This document shows, one piece after another, positions 19,287 through 27,839 of a DNA stretch of 64,000 nt. The stretch is taken from assembly GCA_000092065.1 (NCBI GenBank), contig CP000597.1. One strand, given 5' to 3'. The position numbers and the translations under genes are program-made. The DNA comes from Ostreococcus lucimarinus. Lineage: Eukaryota. The notes under the pieces were generated by a model that worked only from the letters and a program-made list of their open reading frames with translations, ran no database searches and was not told the origin of the DNA. Each line of letters begins with the position of its first letter. Position 1 is the first letter of the stretch.

Positions 19287-19524
19287 GTTTCCAGCGCAAA
19301 AGCGCGATGAAAAACAGCGCAGCGGCAGCGGCAGCAGCAGCAGAAAATCTCCCCGTATTCCGAGCCTTTGGATTGAATAAGTTGATAGGCTCAATGTACT
19401 TGTCATATCATGTAATACACCGGTGTAATACACCGCACGTAAACGAACGCATAGAGGTTCACACTCGACGACGACGCGAGGGCGTCCAGCGTCCGCATTA
19501 GTCGCCTCCTCAACACCGCAAGCG

Positions 19525-20367
19525 ATGTCTTTTACCCTCGCACGCGCGCGCAGCGGATCGTTCGCCTGCGTGTCGTACGCAAAAGTGCGCGTGAGTCATC
19601 GCAAACGATCTTCAAACCCTCGGAGACACGCGAAAACTTTCGTGAGCGGTGGAGACATTGATTTGGACGCCCTTCTGCCGCCGGACATTGACGGCGATTT
19701 AGAGAGCTTACAGCGCGAGTCCGGCGCAGTGGTCGACGACGATGGTTTCGTGTTAAACTTCGGGGCGCGAGAGGAGGAATTGGAGGCGATTAAAACCGCC
19801 GTGGGTGTCATCGACAGGAGCGACTGGGGACTCATTCGCTCGAGCGGGCCGGGTGCGCCGCGCGCGCTCACTGCCATCGCGGCGAATCACGACGGCTTAG
19901 CGCTCACGCCGGCGGGAAGTGGGTTTGAAATCAAAGTCGCTTCGACGAATGACACCGCACAGGTGTATTGCCAGAGCGAAGGTTTCTTGATTGTCGTCCC
20001 ACCGTCGTCCATCGACGCCGTCGCCAACGTCCTCGAGTCCTCGCCCGAGCAAAATTTCATGGAATTAAACGACCAGTGTGCGTTGCTCACCGTCGTCGGC
20101 CCACAGTGCGCAGATGTCCTCAGCAAGACCGGTCTCGTGGAGGTCTTAACCGACGCCGTGGGTGCCCATCGCGTCTTTGGTCTCGAAAACCGTCCCGTCG
20201 TCGCCGCGCACACGCGCGAGTTCGACGTCTCCGGCGTCAATTTGATCATCGACGAGGCCATCGCCGGTCAGGTGTGGGCTACAATCACTCGCGCTGGGGT
20301 GATACCGTGCGGTTCGCAAGCCTCGGATGAGATCTTACGCGGTCTCGGTCGCCTTCAAGGCGCGTAG
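19525..20367 (+). CDS. GcvT/YgfZ/IBA57-like aminomethyltransferase folate-binding domain protein (possibly C-terminally short)
   Basis: GFLIVVPPSSIDAV...ALLTVVGPQCADVL...IPCGSQASDEILRGLG resembles the GcvT N-terminal/central domains up to the LRlEaG motif, then stops; the C-terminal barrel and the YgfZ KGCYxGQE motif are absent. Confidence 0.45.
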   Translation: MSFTLARARSGSFACVSYAKVRVSHRKRSSNPRRHAKTFVSGGDIDLDALLPPDIDGDLESLQRESGAVVDDDGFVLNFGAREEELEAIKTAVGVIDRSDWGLIRSSGPGAPRALTAIAANHDGLALTPAGSGFEIKVASTNDTAQVYCQSEGFLIVVPPSSIDAVANVLESSPEQNFMELNDQCALLTVVGPQCADVLSKTGLVEVLTDAVGAHRVFGLENRPVVAAHTREFDVSGVNLIIDEAIAGQVWATITRAGVIPCGSQASDEILRGLGRLQGA

Positions 20368-20409
20368 AAAACATAACATCACACACAAAATCTGACATCC
20401 AAACCCCAA

Positions 20410-20427
20410 CGCTAAACCCTAAACCCG
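20410..20427. promoter_or_regulatory. Interstitial telomere-like / telo-box motif CTAAACCCTAAACCC (about 2 units) between two same-strand genes
   Basis: Direct observation, about 120 bp upstream of the ATG at 20550; telo-box AAACCCTAA is a known plant promoter element. Confidence 0.5.
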
Positions 20428-20549
20428 TCGATTAAAAATATCTCGGGCAGTCGGGTGGTTACGACTTCGAATATTCGCGAGGCGGTTGCCCCGCGCGCGC
20501 GTCGACCGCAGTGTCGAGCGCGGGGCGCGCGTGCGACGAGCACAAAATC

Positions 20550-21104
20550 ATGACCACAAACGATCCAAACGTCGTAAACGGCGACAATGGCGTGTACGAC
20601 GAAGACATGACGCTGAACGCGAGGTGTCAATCGTGGCTGCTGACGGGGACGCCATCGGCGTCGTCATCCAACGCGAGTTATCACTCTATCAATACCAGTG
20701 CCACTTGGGAACAGACTATGTCGTGGTGTCCGTGCTCTAAGTGGCCGTGCACGTGCGACGGATGCGGATGTTACGTCGAAGGATGCGACGAGGCGTGGCG
20801 AAGAACGCAGGCCGGCGCCGGAGCGCGCTACGAACCAGCAATCGGGATGTTGTGGGGTGTTTTCGCGCTGTTGATCACGTGCTTTGGCTTGGTGGTGATA
20901 TGGCTAAAGTCACAGCAAAGGACAGAGGCGAGGAGGGAGGCGTACCTCAGATCGATCGTGGACATGACGCCGAAGGATGAGAAATTCAAAGAGCTTTATC
21001 GCGATATGGCGCCGCCGGAGGGGACGTACGTCGTGCACTCTCCGGGTCGTGGTGCGGCGCACATCGCGATCGCAGTGAGAGAAAAACATAGCGCAGAAAA
21101 GTAA
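20550..21104 (+). CDS. Small Cys-rich single-pass membrane protein (about 184 aa)
   Basis: CPCSKWPCTCDGCGCYVEGC cluster followed by a predicted TM helix (MLWGVFALLITCFGLVVIWL); first ATG at 20550 (track start is GTG). Confidence 0.4.
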   Translation: MTTNDPNVVNGDNGVYDEDMTLNARCQSWLLTGTPSASSSNASYHSINTSATWEQTMSWCPCSKWPCTCDGCGCYVEGCDEAWRRTQAGAGARYEPAIGMLWGVFALLITCFGLVVIWLKSQQRTEARREAYLRSIVDMTPKDEKFKELYRDMAPPEGTYVVHSPGRGAAHIAIAVREKHSAEK

Positions 21105-21229
21105 GTTATTATACTCGTGTTGTTTTGCGCAAAACATCACCGGCACACTAATATTAATAACGCCGCCGGCGACCACCGTTGACTGTGAAATATATTATAT
21201 GTACAAGACTTAGTTTACAACAACAATTC

Positions 21230-22233
21230 TCAACGTCTCTTCGCTAATTTCGCCGCTCTTGAGTGATTAGAAGACGCCGAACTCGTGCGTTTTGCAGCTG
21301 GTTTCGGCCTCGTTCGCTTATCCGCAAAAATGGACTCCGAAAGAATATCCTTTCTTTTCTGTTTCCGATTGCGTTCGAAAACCGACGCGTTGAACACTCT
21401 GCGGGCATACTCCTTGTCCTCGTCTCGCTCGGGTTCTAACTTGACGTGCTCGGGTAAACCAAGCGCGCGGGCGTGATCTCTCAACGCGTGCTCTTCTTTA
21501 CGCCGCCCTCGCATGCTTCGACGTAAAGATTTGTTGACGTCGTAGTCTTCCTTCCACCGCGCCTTGCTCAACGCGTTGAGCTCAAAAGTTGTCCTTGCTC
21601 TCGCTCTCGCTCGTTTCTCGTCCTCCACGCCTCGTTCTAATACCGCTATAGGATTCGCTAAAAACTTCGCGCGTTCTTCTTCGTTTTGATATTCCAGCAT
21701 TTGCATCGCATCCTCAGGCGACTCTTCGTCGTCCATCGCTCCGCCGTAGCCCACGCATCGCTCCGCGCCCTTGGTCACATTGTACTCCGTCTTTGCAGGA
21801 TCCGTCTGAACTTCGATCTCCTGCGAACAACACGCCGAGTGCATTGTAAAGCTCCATATAGGCGTCGAATGATACTTCCCAATCTTCCTCTTCTCTGCGT
21901 TGAACCGCACACCCTTCGCAATCATGTGTCCGCACGCCCCGCACTTGACGTTGAAGGGCATCTCAAAACGAATCGTCAGCACACCCTGAGACAGTTTGTT
22001 CGCGCGCTTGCCGAGCGAACCATTTGAGCCCTTATACGCGCTGTTCTTCGCCCCACCCTCGGGCGTCCAATCCTGCGAGTGAATACGACGCGCCGCGGTC
22101 AGTGTCGAGACGACGGCGCTGGAATCGAGCGTCGATTGACGCGCTTCGCGGTCTCTCTTGCGCGGAATCGCGCGAGGATACGTACAGGAGGGTAATAGAA
22201 CCCATCAGCCTGCACCGCAGCTAAGGTTGACAT
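21230..22233 (-). CDS. Splicing factor CWC16/YJU2 (CCDC94/CCDC130, DUF572) homologue, two exons: 22233..22186 and 22072..21230; intron 22185..22073 (113 nt, GTACGT...CACTGAC...CAG)
   Basis: Exon 2 encodes LSQGVLTIRFEMPFNVKCGACGHMIAKGVRFNAEKRKIGKYHSTPIWSFTMHSACC, matching human CCDC130 (ARKLSQGILIIRFEMPYNIWCDGC...RYNAEKKKVGNYYTTPI). The missing N-terminus (MSTLAAVQADGFYYPP|DWTPEGG, cf. KYYPPDYDP) is recovered only by splicing; reading frame checked by hand. Confidence 0.75.
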
Positions 22234-22350
22234 CGCGCGCGCGCGCGTCGCACGCGCATCGCAGTGTAACGCGCGCTCACGACGCGCGCGCTCGCAGTTC
22301 TAAAACTTCTATCTCTTCTTACACGGCTACTGCAATGATGTTCGCGTCAA

Positions 22351-22962
22351 TTAATCCATCATCTCCCAAAGTGCGTTGGCAACGCGGAACTCGTTTCCAG
22401 GTCGCAGCGGCATATCAATCTTCCGCACGTCTCGCGCCGAGCGCGCGTTGACGCGTCCGACGACGCGGTCGCGTTCCTCGTAGTGCCAAGCGATGTTGGA
22501 TATGTGCGCGTACAAGCTCACCTCTCGCTTCGTCGCGGGAATCTCTTCATTGATGATGGTATCCAGCTTTTGTTTGTGCAACTTAATCTCTCCTCGTCGA
22601 TTTTGTAGCTCTTCTTGTTCAATCTCCAGCGCTCGCGCCTCGCGCTCCATGGCGTTGAGGTACTCCCCCGCGGCGCGCTTCTCGGCGTCTAATTTCAGCG
22701 CCCGCTCTCGAGCGACGTGCGCGGCGGCTGGTAATACCGCTTTTCTTTCCGCAACTTTCACCCTTCGCGACATCTCCTTCACCTGCGCCATCATGTGTTC
22801 CTCGCGCCCCGCGCGAATCGTTTGCGCGTCTTCAAAATGTGCCCCGATCGCGCGCACTTTCTTCGCGTCCTCGTCGCTGGCGTAGATGTTCGTCATCTCT
22901 TTCACGAGTTCGTAACACTCGCGAAACGCCGCATCCGTGGCCTCGGCGTCGAGCGAGGTCAT
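22351..22962 (-). CDS. SPC24: Kinetochore NDC80-complex subunit Spc24-like (coiled coil plus C-terminal RWD-like domain)
   Basis: C-terminal IPATKREVSLYAHISNIAWHYEE...RVANALWEMMD parallels human SPC24 IPSAVYVAQLYHQVSKIEWDYE...YLWSLVD; N-terminal heptad coiled coil; start at internal ATG 22962. Confidence 0.55.
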   Translation of the reverse strand: MTSLDAEATDAAFRECYELVKEMTNIYASDEDAKKVRAIGAHFEDAQTIRAGREEHMMAQVKEMSRRVKVAERKAVLPAAAHVARERALKLDAEKRAAGEYLNAMEREARALEIEQEELQNRRGEIKLHKQKLDTIINEEIPATKREVSLYAHISNIAWHYEERDRVVGRVNARSARDVRKIDMPLRPGNEFRVANALWEMMD

Positions 22963-23233
22963 GGTCGCGTCCTGCCGACGCGCGCCTTCGAACGACGCGC
23001 GCGCTCGAACGGGCGAAAAACTGTTTTTCGAAAACGGCGGGCGAACGCGACGCGCGGGGCGGTTTTTTCGCGCGTCGTGTTTCGCTCGCATTGCGGTGTT
23101 ATATAGACTATTCGAGTATTCGTTTACGTAACAAAGTGCGCGCGCGCGTCTGGGTTTTCTTTACTCTGTCCGCGCGGCGCGCCACCGCCGCCGCCGCGAC
23201 CGCACTCCGCGACGCGCTCGCGGCGCGCTCGCG

Positions 23234-24043
23234 ATGCGGGGGACGCGCGCGCGCGCGGCGGCGATGAAAGAGCGCGAAGACGCGTCAGATGATGATGATG
23301 ACGCGACGAGCGAATCACGATCACGGGATGACGACGACGAAGAAGAAGAAGAATCATCGAGCGAGAGTTTCGACGACGACGAGTTCGTGCAGGACGAGGA
23401 CGAGGACGAGGCGGAAGACGAGGACGAATCACAAGGCGAGGACGATGATGATTCAGAAGAAGAAGAAGACGAAGCGTTGGCGAGACCGGTGTCGAACGCC
23501 ATGCTCGGAATGTCACGAGCGTTTCAATCTTTGGTCGGGGACGACGAAGACGAAGACGAGACGACGGCAATGTTGCCGAAGTCGAGAAAGCAACGCGCGG
23601 ACGAATTAGAAGCGAAGGCGGAAGAAAAAGAACGGCGCGCGATTAAGCGCGCAAAACTTGAGGTGAAACAGCGCGGACACGTGAAACCACAGCCGCGCGG
23701 AAGAGATGTGGAGAGCGACATGTTGGAGCGGCGCCTGCACAACACGGCGACGAAGGGCGTCGTGCGCCTCTTCAAAGCCGTGGGTAAGGCTCAGCAAGAC
23801 GCTGAGAAGGCAAAAACAATGCGAAGAAAGGATGCATTGATATCTAAGGCTAAGTTCTTGGAAGAGTTGAGAGGGGAAAAGAAGTCAAAACATGACGCCG
23901 ACGAGAAGTCGACGAGCAAGGCGAGCTTTTTGCACAATGACTTCATGCTCGACGCGGGCAAAAAGATGAAGGACTGGGATCGCGAACAAAGCGCCGCGCC
24001 CAAAGACTTGGAGTACGATGAAGACGAGGACGACGTGTTTTAG
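23234..24043 (+). CDS. RRP15: Ribosomal RNA processing protein RRP15-like
   Basis: Acidic D/E N-terminus, then NTATKGVVRLFKAVGKAQQ...KAKFLEEL...FLHNDFMLDAGKKMKDWDRE, matching the RRP15 core (ATRGVVQLFNAVQKHQ...DDFMMGASMKDWDKE). Confidence 0.65.
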   Translation: MRGTRARAAAMKEREDASDDDDDATSESRSRDDDDEEEEESSSESFDDDEFVQDEDEDEAEDEDESQGEDDDDSEEEEDEALARPVSNAMLGMSRAFQSLVGDDEDEDETTAMLPKSRKQRADELEAKAEEKERRAIKRAKLEVKQRGHVKPQPRGRDVESDMLERRLHNTATKGVVRLFKAVGKAQQDAEKAKTMRRKDALISKAKFLEELRGEKKSKHDADEKSTSKASFLHNDFMLDAGKKMKDWDREQSAAPKDLEYDEDEDDVF

Positions 24044-24142
24044 CGGAATAGAAATTTAACCAAGCGTAGTAGCCGAAAAGACGCGAGTATACCACAATTC
24101 ATTCTTTATTACAACGCGTTCCCTTTGGGCGAAATTGTTTGT

Positions 24143-24946
24143 TCAACTCACTATCACAACGTTTTCCGAATTCTCATTCGTAGAATGTCGTTGCTGTAGC
24201 TCCTCATTCCCGTGCGCATAATGGCATCTTCTTCCGAATGGACACTGGCCGTTCCGCACCCAGGAGTCGCAAATCTTTGTCTTGAACGGCTTCTTCTTCG
24301 AATCCTTCGGAGCGTCACTCTTTTTCCTTTCCGCGTACGTAAGGCGCTGATAAATCATCTCTTGCGCCCTTTGAACGTCGAGTGGACTACCTATTACGCG
24401 ACAGAGCCTATTTCCGTCTGAATTTGTGTATTCTGCGCTAAGCATCGAAACCTTTGCCCCAGACGTTGCGCTCACCTGCGCGATGGCTGATCCCGCTTTT
24501 CCGACTATGGCGCCGACGTGGACCTGCGGCACAGGCACGAGCACGGCCTGCTCGATCGACGTTTGAAGCATGTAGGTTGATCCCATAGACGCCGTGTTTG
24601 CCTCTTCCGTTCGTAGTTCCTCTTCCCCGTGCGCAAACACGCAGCGGTCGCCGAAACGACAGCCTTGCGGCGACTCAAAATTTCTGCACAAGCGCGTCTT
24701 TATCTTTTCGTTCACTTGCGGTCGCATGGCATCACTCATGGTGTATACGTACGGTAGCGGTGCCGGTCTCGGAGGCACGGGCAGTCCCGGACGGTAGGTG
24801 TGCAGAAAGTGACAGTCGGCGCCGTATGCGCACCCGTGAATGCTAAAGAATTTGGCGCACAACTTTTCATCGTTCGCATTCGCAGGTCCCATCCACGCGT
24901 TCGCGCCATCCACGTCCCCATAAGGCGGTTGCACGCTCGCGTTCAT
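24143..24946 (-). CDS. Tandem CCCH zinc-finger protein with a central KH domain
   Basis: Three C-x8-C-x5-C-x3-H fingers (CAKFFSIHGCAYGADCHFLH; TRLCRNFESPQGCRFGDRCVFAH; TKICDSWVRNGQCPFGRRCHYAH) and a KH motif VGAIVGKAGSAIAQVSATSGAKV; start at ATG 24946. Confidence 0.75.
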   Translation of the reverse strand: MNASVQPPYGDVDGANAWMGPANANDEKLCAKFFSIHGCAYGADCHFLHTYRPGLPVPPRPAPLPYVYTMSDAMRPQVNEKIKTRLCRNFESPQGCRFGDRCVFAHGEEELRTEEANTASMGSTYMLQTSIEQAVLVPVPQVHVGAIVGKAGSAIAQVSATSGAKVSMLSAEYTNSDGNRLCRVIGSPLDVQRAQEMIYQRLTYAERKKSDAPKDSKKKPFKTKICDSWVRNGQCPFGRRCHYAHGNEELQQRHSTNENSENVVIVS

Positions 24947-25515
24947 CCCGCGCGAGATCGCGCGCTCGCGCGCGATCGCACGCGTCGACGCGCGTCGCAC
25001 GTCGCGCGCGTGTCTCGACGGCGATGCCCCCCTGCGCGACGCCGGGCGGGAGTTCTTCGATGACGCCCGCGTCTGCGACGACGCCGAACGGTGCGAATAA
25101 ATAAAAGATACGCACGCGCGGTGTCACCTCTCTCGGCGCCCTCGGCGTCGACGGGGAGGCTCGCCCGCGCGCGTATGTCGCCCTCGACGCGCGCGCGATT
25201 TTTCGTCGTTTCGCTCGCGCGCGGCGGTCGTCCGGTCGTCGGATTTCGCGAATCGACATTTTTTTCATGGCGTTCAAGTACCCTCGTATGCGTGACTTAC
25301 CGTCCATTCTTTTTTTTCGAATAATAAATACAGGGTTCGGACGCACCCCGAACGCGCGCTGCCGTCGCGTCCCGCGCGCCCGTTTCGCGGTGGATTGGAT
25401 TGGATTGGCCGGCGCGGTGATTGATTTGATTGATTGACTTATTGACGACGACGACGACGACGACGATGCGTGCGACGTGTCGACCGCACCGCGCGACGCG
25501 ACGACTGACGTCGAC

Positions 25516-26265
25516 ATGGGGTACAAAGATCCCGCGCCGTGGACGTTCACGGGCAAGGCGCTGTACCAGCTCGCGCTCGTGCGCGCCGAGGACGCGCGCG
25601 CGCACGTCCCGAGCGACTTGCGCTTGGTGGAGTTCGCGGGACACACGCTCGGTGGACTGTACGTCGCGCGATACGACGAGTCACCGTGCGGGAAATTAGA
25701 CGAAGTCGTCGTCTTAGGAGGGCTCGTGTGGAATCCACCCACGTCGTGCGCGTGGGCGAGTCGAGTGTACGTCGACAGCGCGGAGGCGCGCGCGCACGGG
25801 ATACGCACGTGCGGATTGCCGTCGCGCGTGGCGGCGTTCAGGGAAGAGACGGACGCGTCGTCAAAGCAAAGGGGCTGGACGAACAAAACTAGATGGTGGC
25901 ACGGGACGAAACGCGGTAAAGGCGACGCGTCCACGGGGGCGGTATCCATAGTCGAAGGAAAGACAAAGGTGTGCGAGTTAGCGCTCCCGAGCGAGCCAAA
26001 ACTTAAAGGACCGCGAATCTCTATGTTCCTTCCGAGCTTTAGCGGTCGAACGAAATCGATTCCTGATTTACTGAAATATTCATTACGCATGAACGCTAAC
26101 GTGCGATTGAGCGCGCCGATCAAGGTGAAACCATCGGACGAGCACGGAGCGGTGACGAATATTCTCAAAGGTAAACCACTCCTGTGCATTGCGTTTGACA
26201 ACATGCGCATGGACGTCGGGGCGCCGCAAAAGGTGAAAGTAGCGCGAGCGAGGGATAGCAAATAG
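25516..26265 (+). CDS. Hypothetical protein, about 249 aa (possibly an acetoacetate-decarboxylase-like/DUF2071 beta fold)
   Basis: Balanced composition (GKALYQLALVRAEDARAHVPSDLRLVEFAGHTLGGLYVARYDESPCGKLDEVVVLGG). The fully overlapping antisense track ORF 24867..26261 is A/R/S/P low complexity and treated as an artefact. Track start 25477 is GTG; first ATG 25516. Confidence 0.4.
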   Translation: MGYKDPAPWTFTGKALYQLALVRAEDARAHVPSDLRLVEFAGHTLGGLYVARYDESPCGKLDEVVVLGGLVWNPPTSCAWASRVYVDSAEARAHGIRTCGLPSRVAAFREETDASSKQRGWTNKTRWWHGTKRGKGDASTGAVSIVEGKTKVCELALPSEPKLKGPRISMFLPSFSGRTKSIPDLLKYSLRMNANVRLSAPIKVKPSDEHGAVTNILKGKPLLCIAFDNMRMDVGAPQKVKVARARDSK

Positions 26266-26315
26266 TGGAAAAATAGTAATAGTGTTATTGGCTAAAAGTC
26301 TAAACTACGTAAAAT

Positions 26316-27533
26316 TCAATCCTCGTGCTCGCGACCGCCGGGGAACTCCGCTCTCACCCTGCCGACGTCCAAGCGCGCTTGCTCCATTCGCGCGATTTCT
26401 TCTAGGCACGAGAGAAGAAAGTATGCGACGAGTGCGGTGACGAAATGACCCCAAAGCTTTGAGGGCGATACCGCAAGCGCTAACGTATTTCTTGTCTTCT
26501 TTCCCGCGCGTCCACTGGCCAAAACCTTCTGCAACATGGAATTAATCGACGCGTTCATGGTCCTGTCAACCTCCCACGACGCAGGAAGCCACCCACTGAA
26601 AAAGGCGATGATTTTCTCTCGACTATTCTTGTAAAACAGCGAAGTTAAGACCAAACCTTGAACCGGAGACTTCACAAATCCTTTACCCATCGTCGTTGCC
26701 GTGATGAACAACCAAAATGGCATCATAAAACTCCCACAGCACACGCCGCACAAATCAAACGCCGCGTTCGGCCAAGAAGACATCGCGAGCAAACCGAGAA
26801 AGCCGTACCGCTTCATGAAGGCAATCATCCACAGCTTGAATCCGTGAATTTTCTTCTGCACCTGATCCATATCGCTCGCATCGACGTGCGTGATGTCACT
26901 CAACTCTTTATTTTCTCGTCCAGCCTTGGCTGCAAAGTAAGAAACCCAATACGGAGGGATTTCCCCGAAGGCGGTGCCGACGCCCCACGCCACGCATTCA
27001 GGTAAAACGCTCAACCAAATGTCCACGTAACTCACTCCGCGCGCACGCGGCTTAGACGCGCACTCGAACAACTCCTCCGTGGGCATCATAAACCAAATGT
27101 TCCTCCGCGTGTCGAAATCTACGTTTCCACACAATTCAACCGTTTGGCAAACCTTTAAGATGTGCGGAAACAAAAACAACAAGCCGGTGTGCATGCCACT
27201 CCCGAACCCAATGGAAGACGACACGCCTAGAGCCACCCACCACAGCCCCCACTCCACCCATCGCTCACATTCATCGACGAACGCAGCGTGTGGGCCGGCG
27301 GTGTCTTTTACCCAGTAACAAAACGCTAAAAACAAAGCCGCCGGATACAACGCTCGCCGACGCGTGCGCACGACGTGTTTCGCCAACTTTGAGCACTCTC
27401 TCGAAGCGACTCTGGCGATTAGATACGACGTCTGCAGCGGATGCCTGGTGAACTTGACCGTTTTCCTCGCGAGTTTCAATTCCTCGATCAACTTCGCCCT
27501 GGCCGTGCTTCGTCGAGTCGGACTCACGGGCAT
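26316..27533 (-). CDS. VMP1: Vacuole membrane protein 1 (VMP1/EPG-3 family) multi-pass membrane protein
   Basis: GSGMHTGLLFLFPHI and flanking hydrophobic helices match the conserved VMP1 core (GSGLHTFLLYLGPHI); about 405 aa, typical VMP1 length. Confidence 0.65.
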   Translation of the reverse strand: MPVSPTRRSTARAKLIEELKLARKTVKFTRHPLQTSYLIARVASRECSKLAKHVVRTRRRALYPAALFLAFCYWVKDTAGPHAAFVDECERWVEWGLWWVALGVSSSIGFGSGMHTGLLFLFPHILKVCQTVELCGNVDFDTRRNIWFMMPTEELFECASKPRARGVSYVDIWLSVLPECVAWGVGTAFGEIPPYWVSYFAAKAGRENKELSDITHVDASDMDQVQKKIHGFKLWMIAFMKRYGFLGLLAMSSWPNAAFDLCGVCCGSFMMPFWLFITATTMGKGFVKSPVQGLVLTSLFYKNSREKIIAFFSGWLPASWEVDRTMNASINSMLQKVLASGRAGKKTRNTLALAVSPSKLWGHFVTALVAYFLLSCLEEIARMEQARLDVGRVRAEFPGGREHED

Positions 27534-27839
27534 GGCTTCGAGATTGATTTAAACCGACGAACGACAACGTTCTCGTCTGTCGCGTAAAGCGGCGAACGAC
27601 GGCGCCGCTCGGGCGCGTGGAGACGATTACTTCGACGCTCGACGAAAACCTCTCGCGCGTCGTCCTACGCGCGAGTCCTTCGCGCTCGGCGCCTCGCCAG
27701 GAATTCGTTGCGAGGCGTCGTATGGAGGGGAACCACTCGTCGCGGGCTCGACTCGAACGCGCGGGCGCCGCATGGACGTTTATAAAAATTACAACTGTAA
27801 GTAGTTAACGAAATGGTGAGTAAATGATGAGTAAACGAA

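Noticed and set aside
20511-21104. Possibility that the small Cys-rich ORF (…CGCYVEGC…) is the missing C-terminal KGCYxGQE domain of the upstream YgfZ-like gene, joined by an intron containing the telomere-like motif
   Set aside because: No GT donor at the required position after …ILRGLG. The downstream peptide has a TM helix and no GcvT C-terminal barrel features; the GCY similarity is three residues. Kept only as a caveat in the findings
24867-26261. 464-aa ORF on the minus strand overlapping the 25516-26265 plus-strand gene
   Set aside because: Composition is almost entirely A/R/S/P/T low complexity, typical of the antisense or GC-frame of a GC3-biased gene; the plus-strand ORF has balanced, protein-like composition
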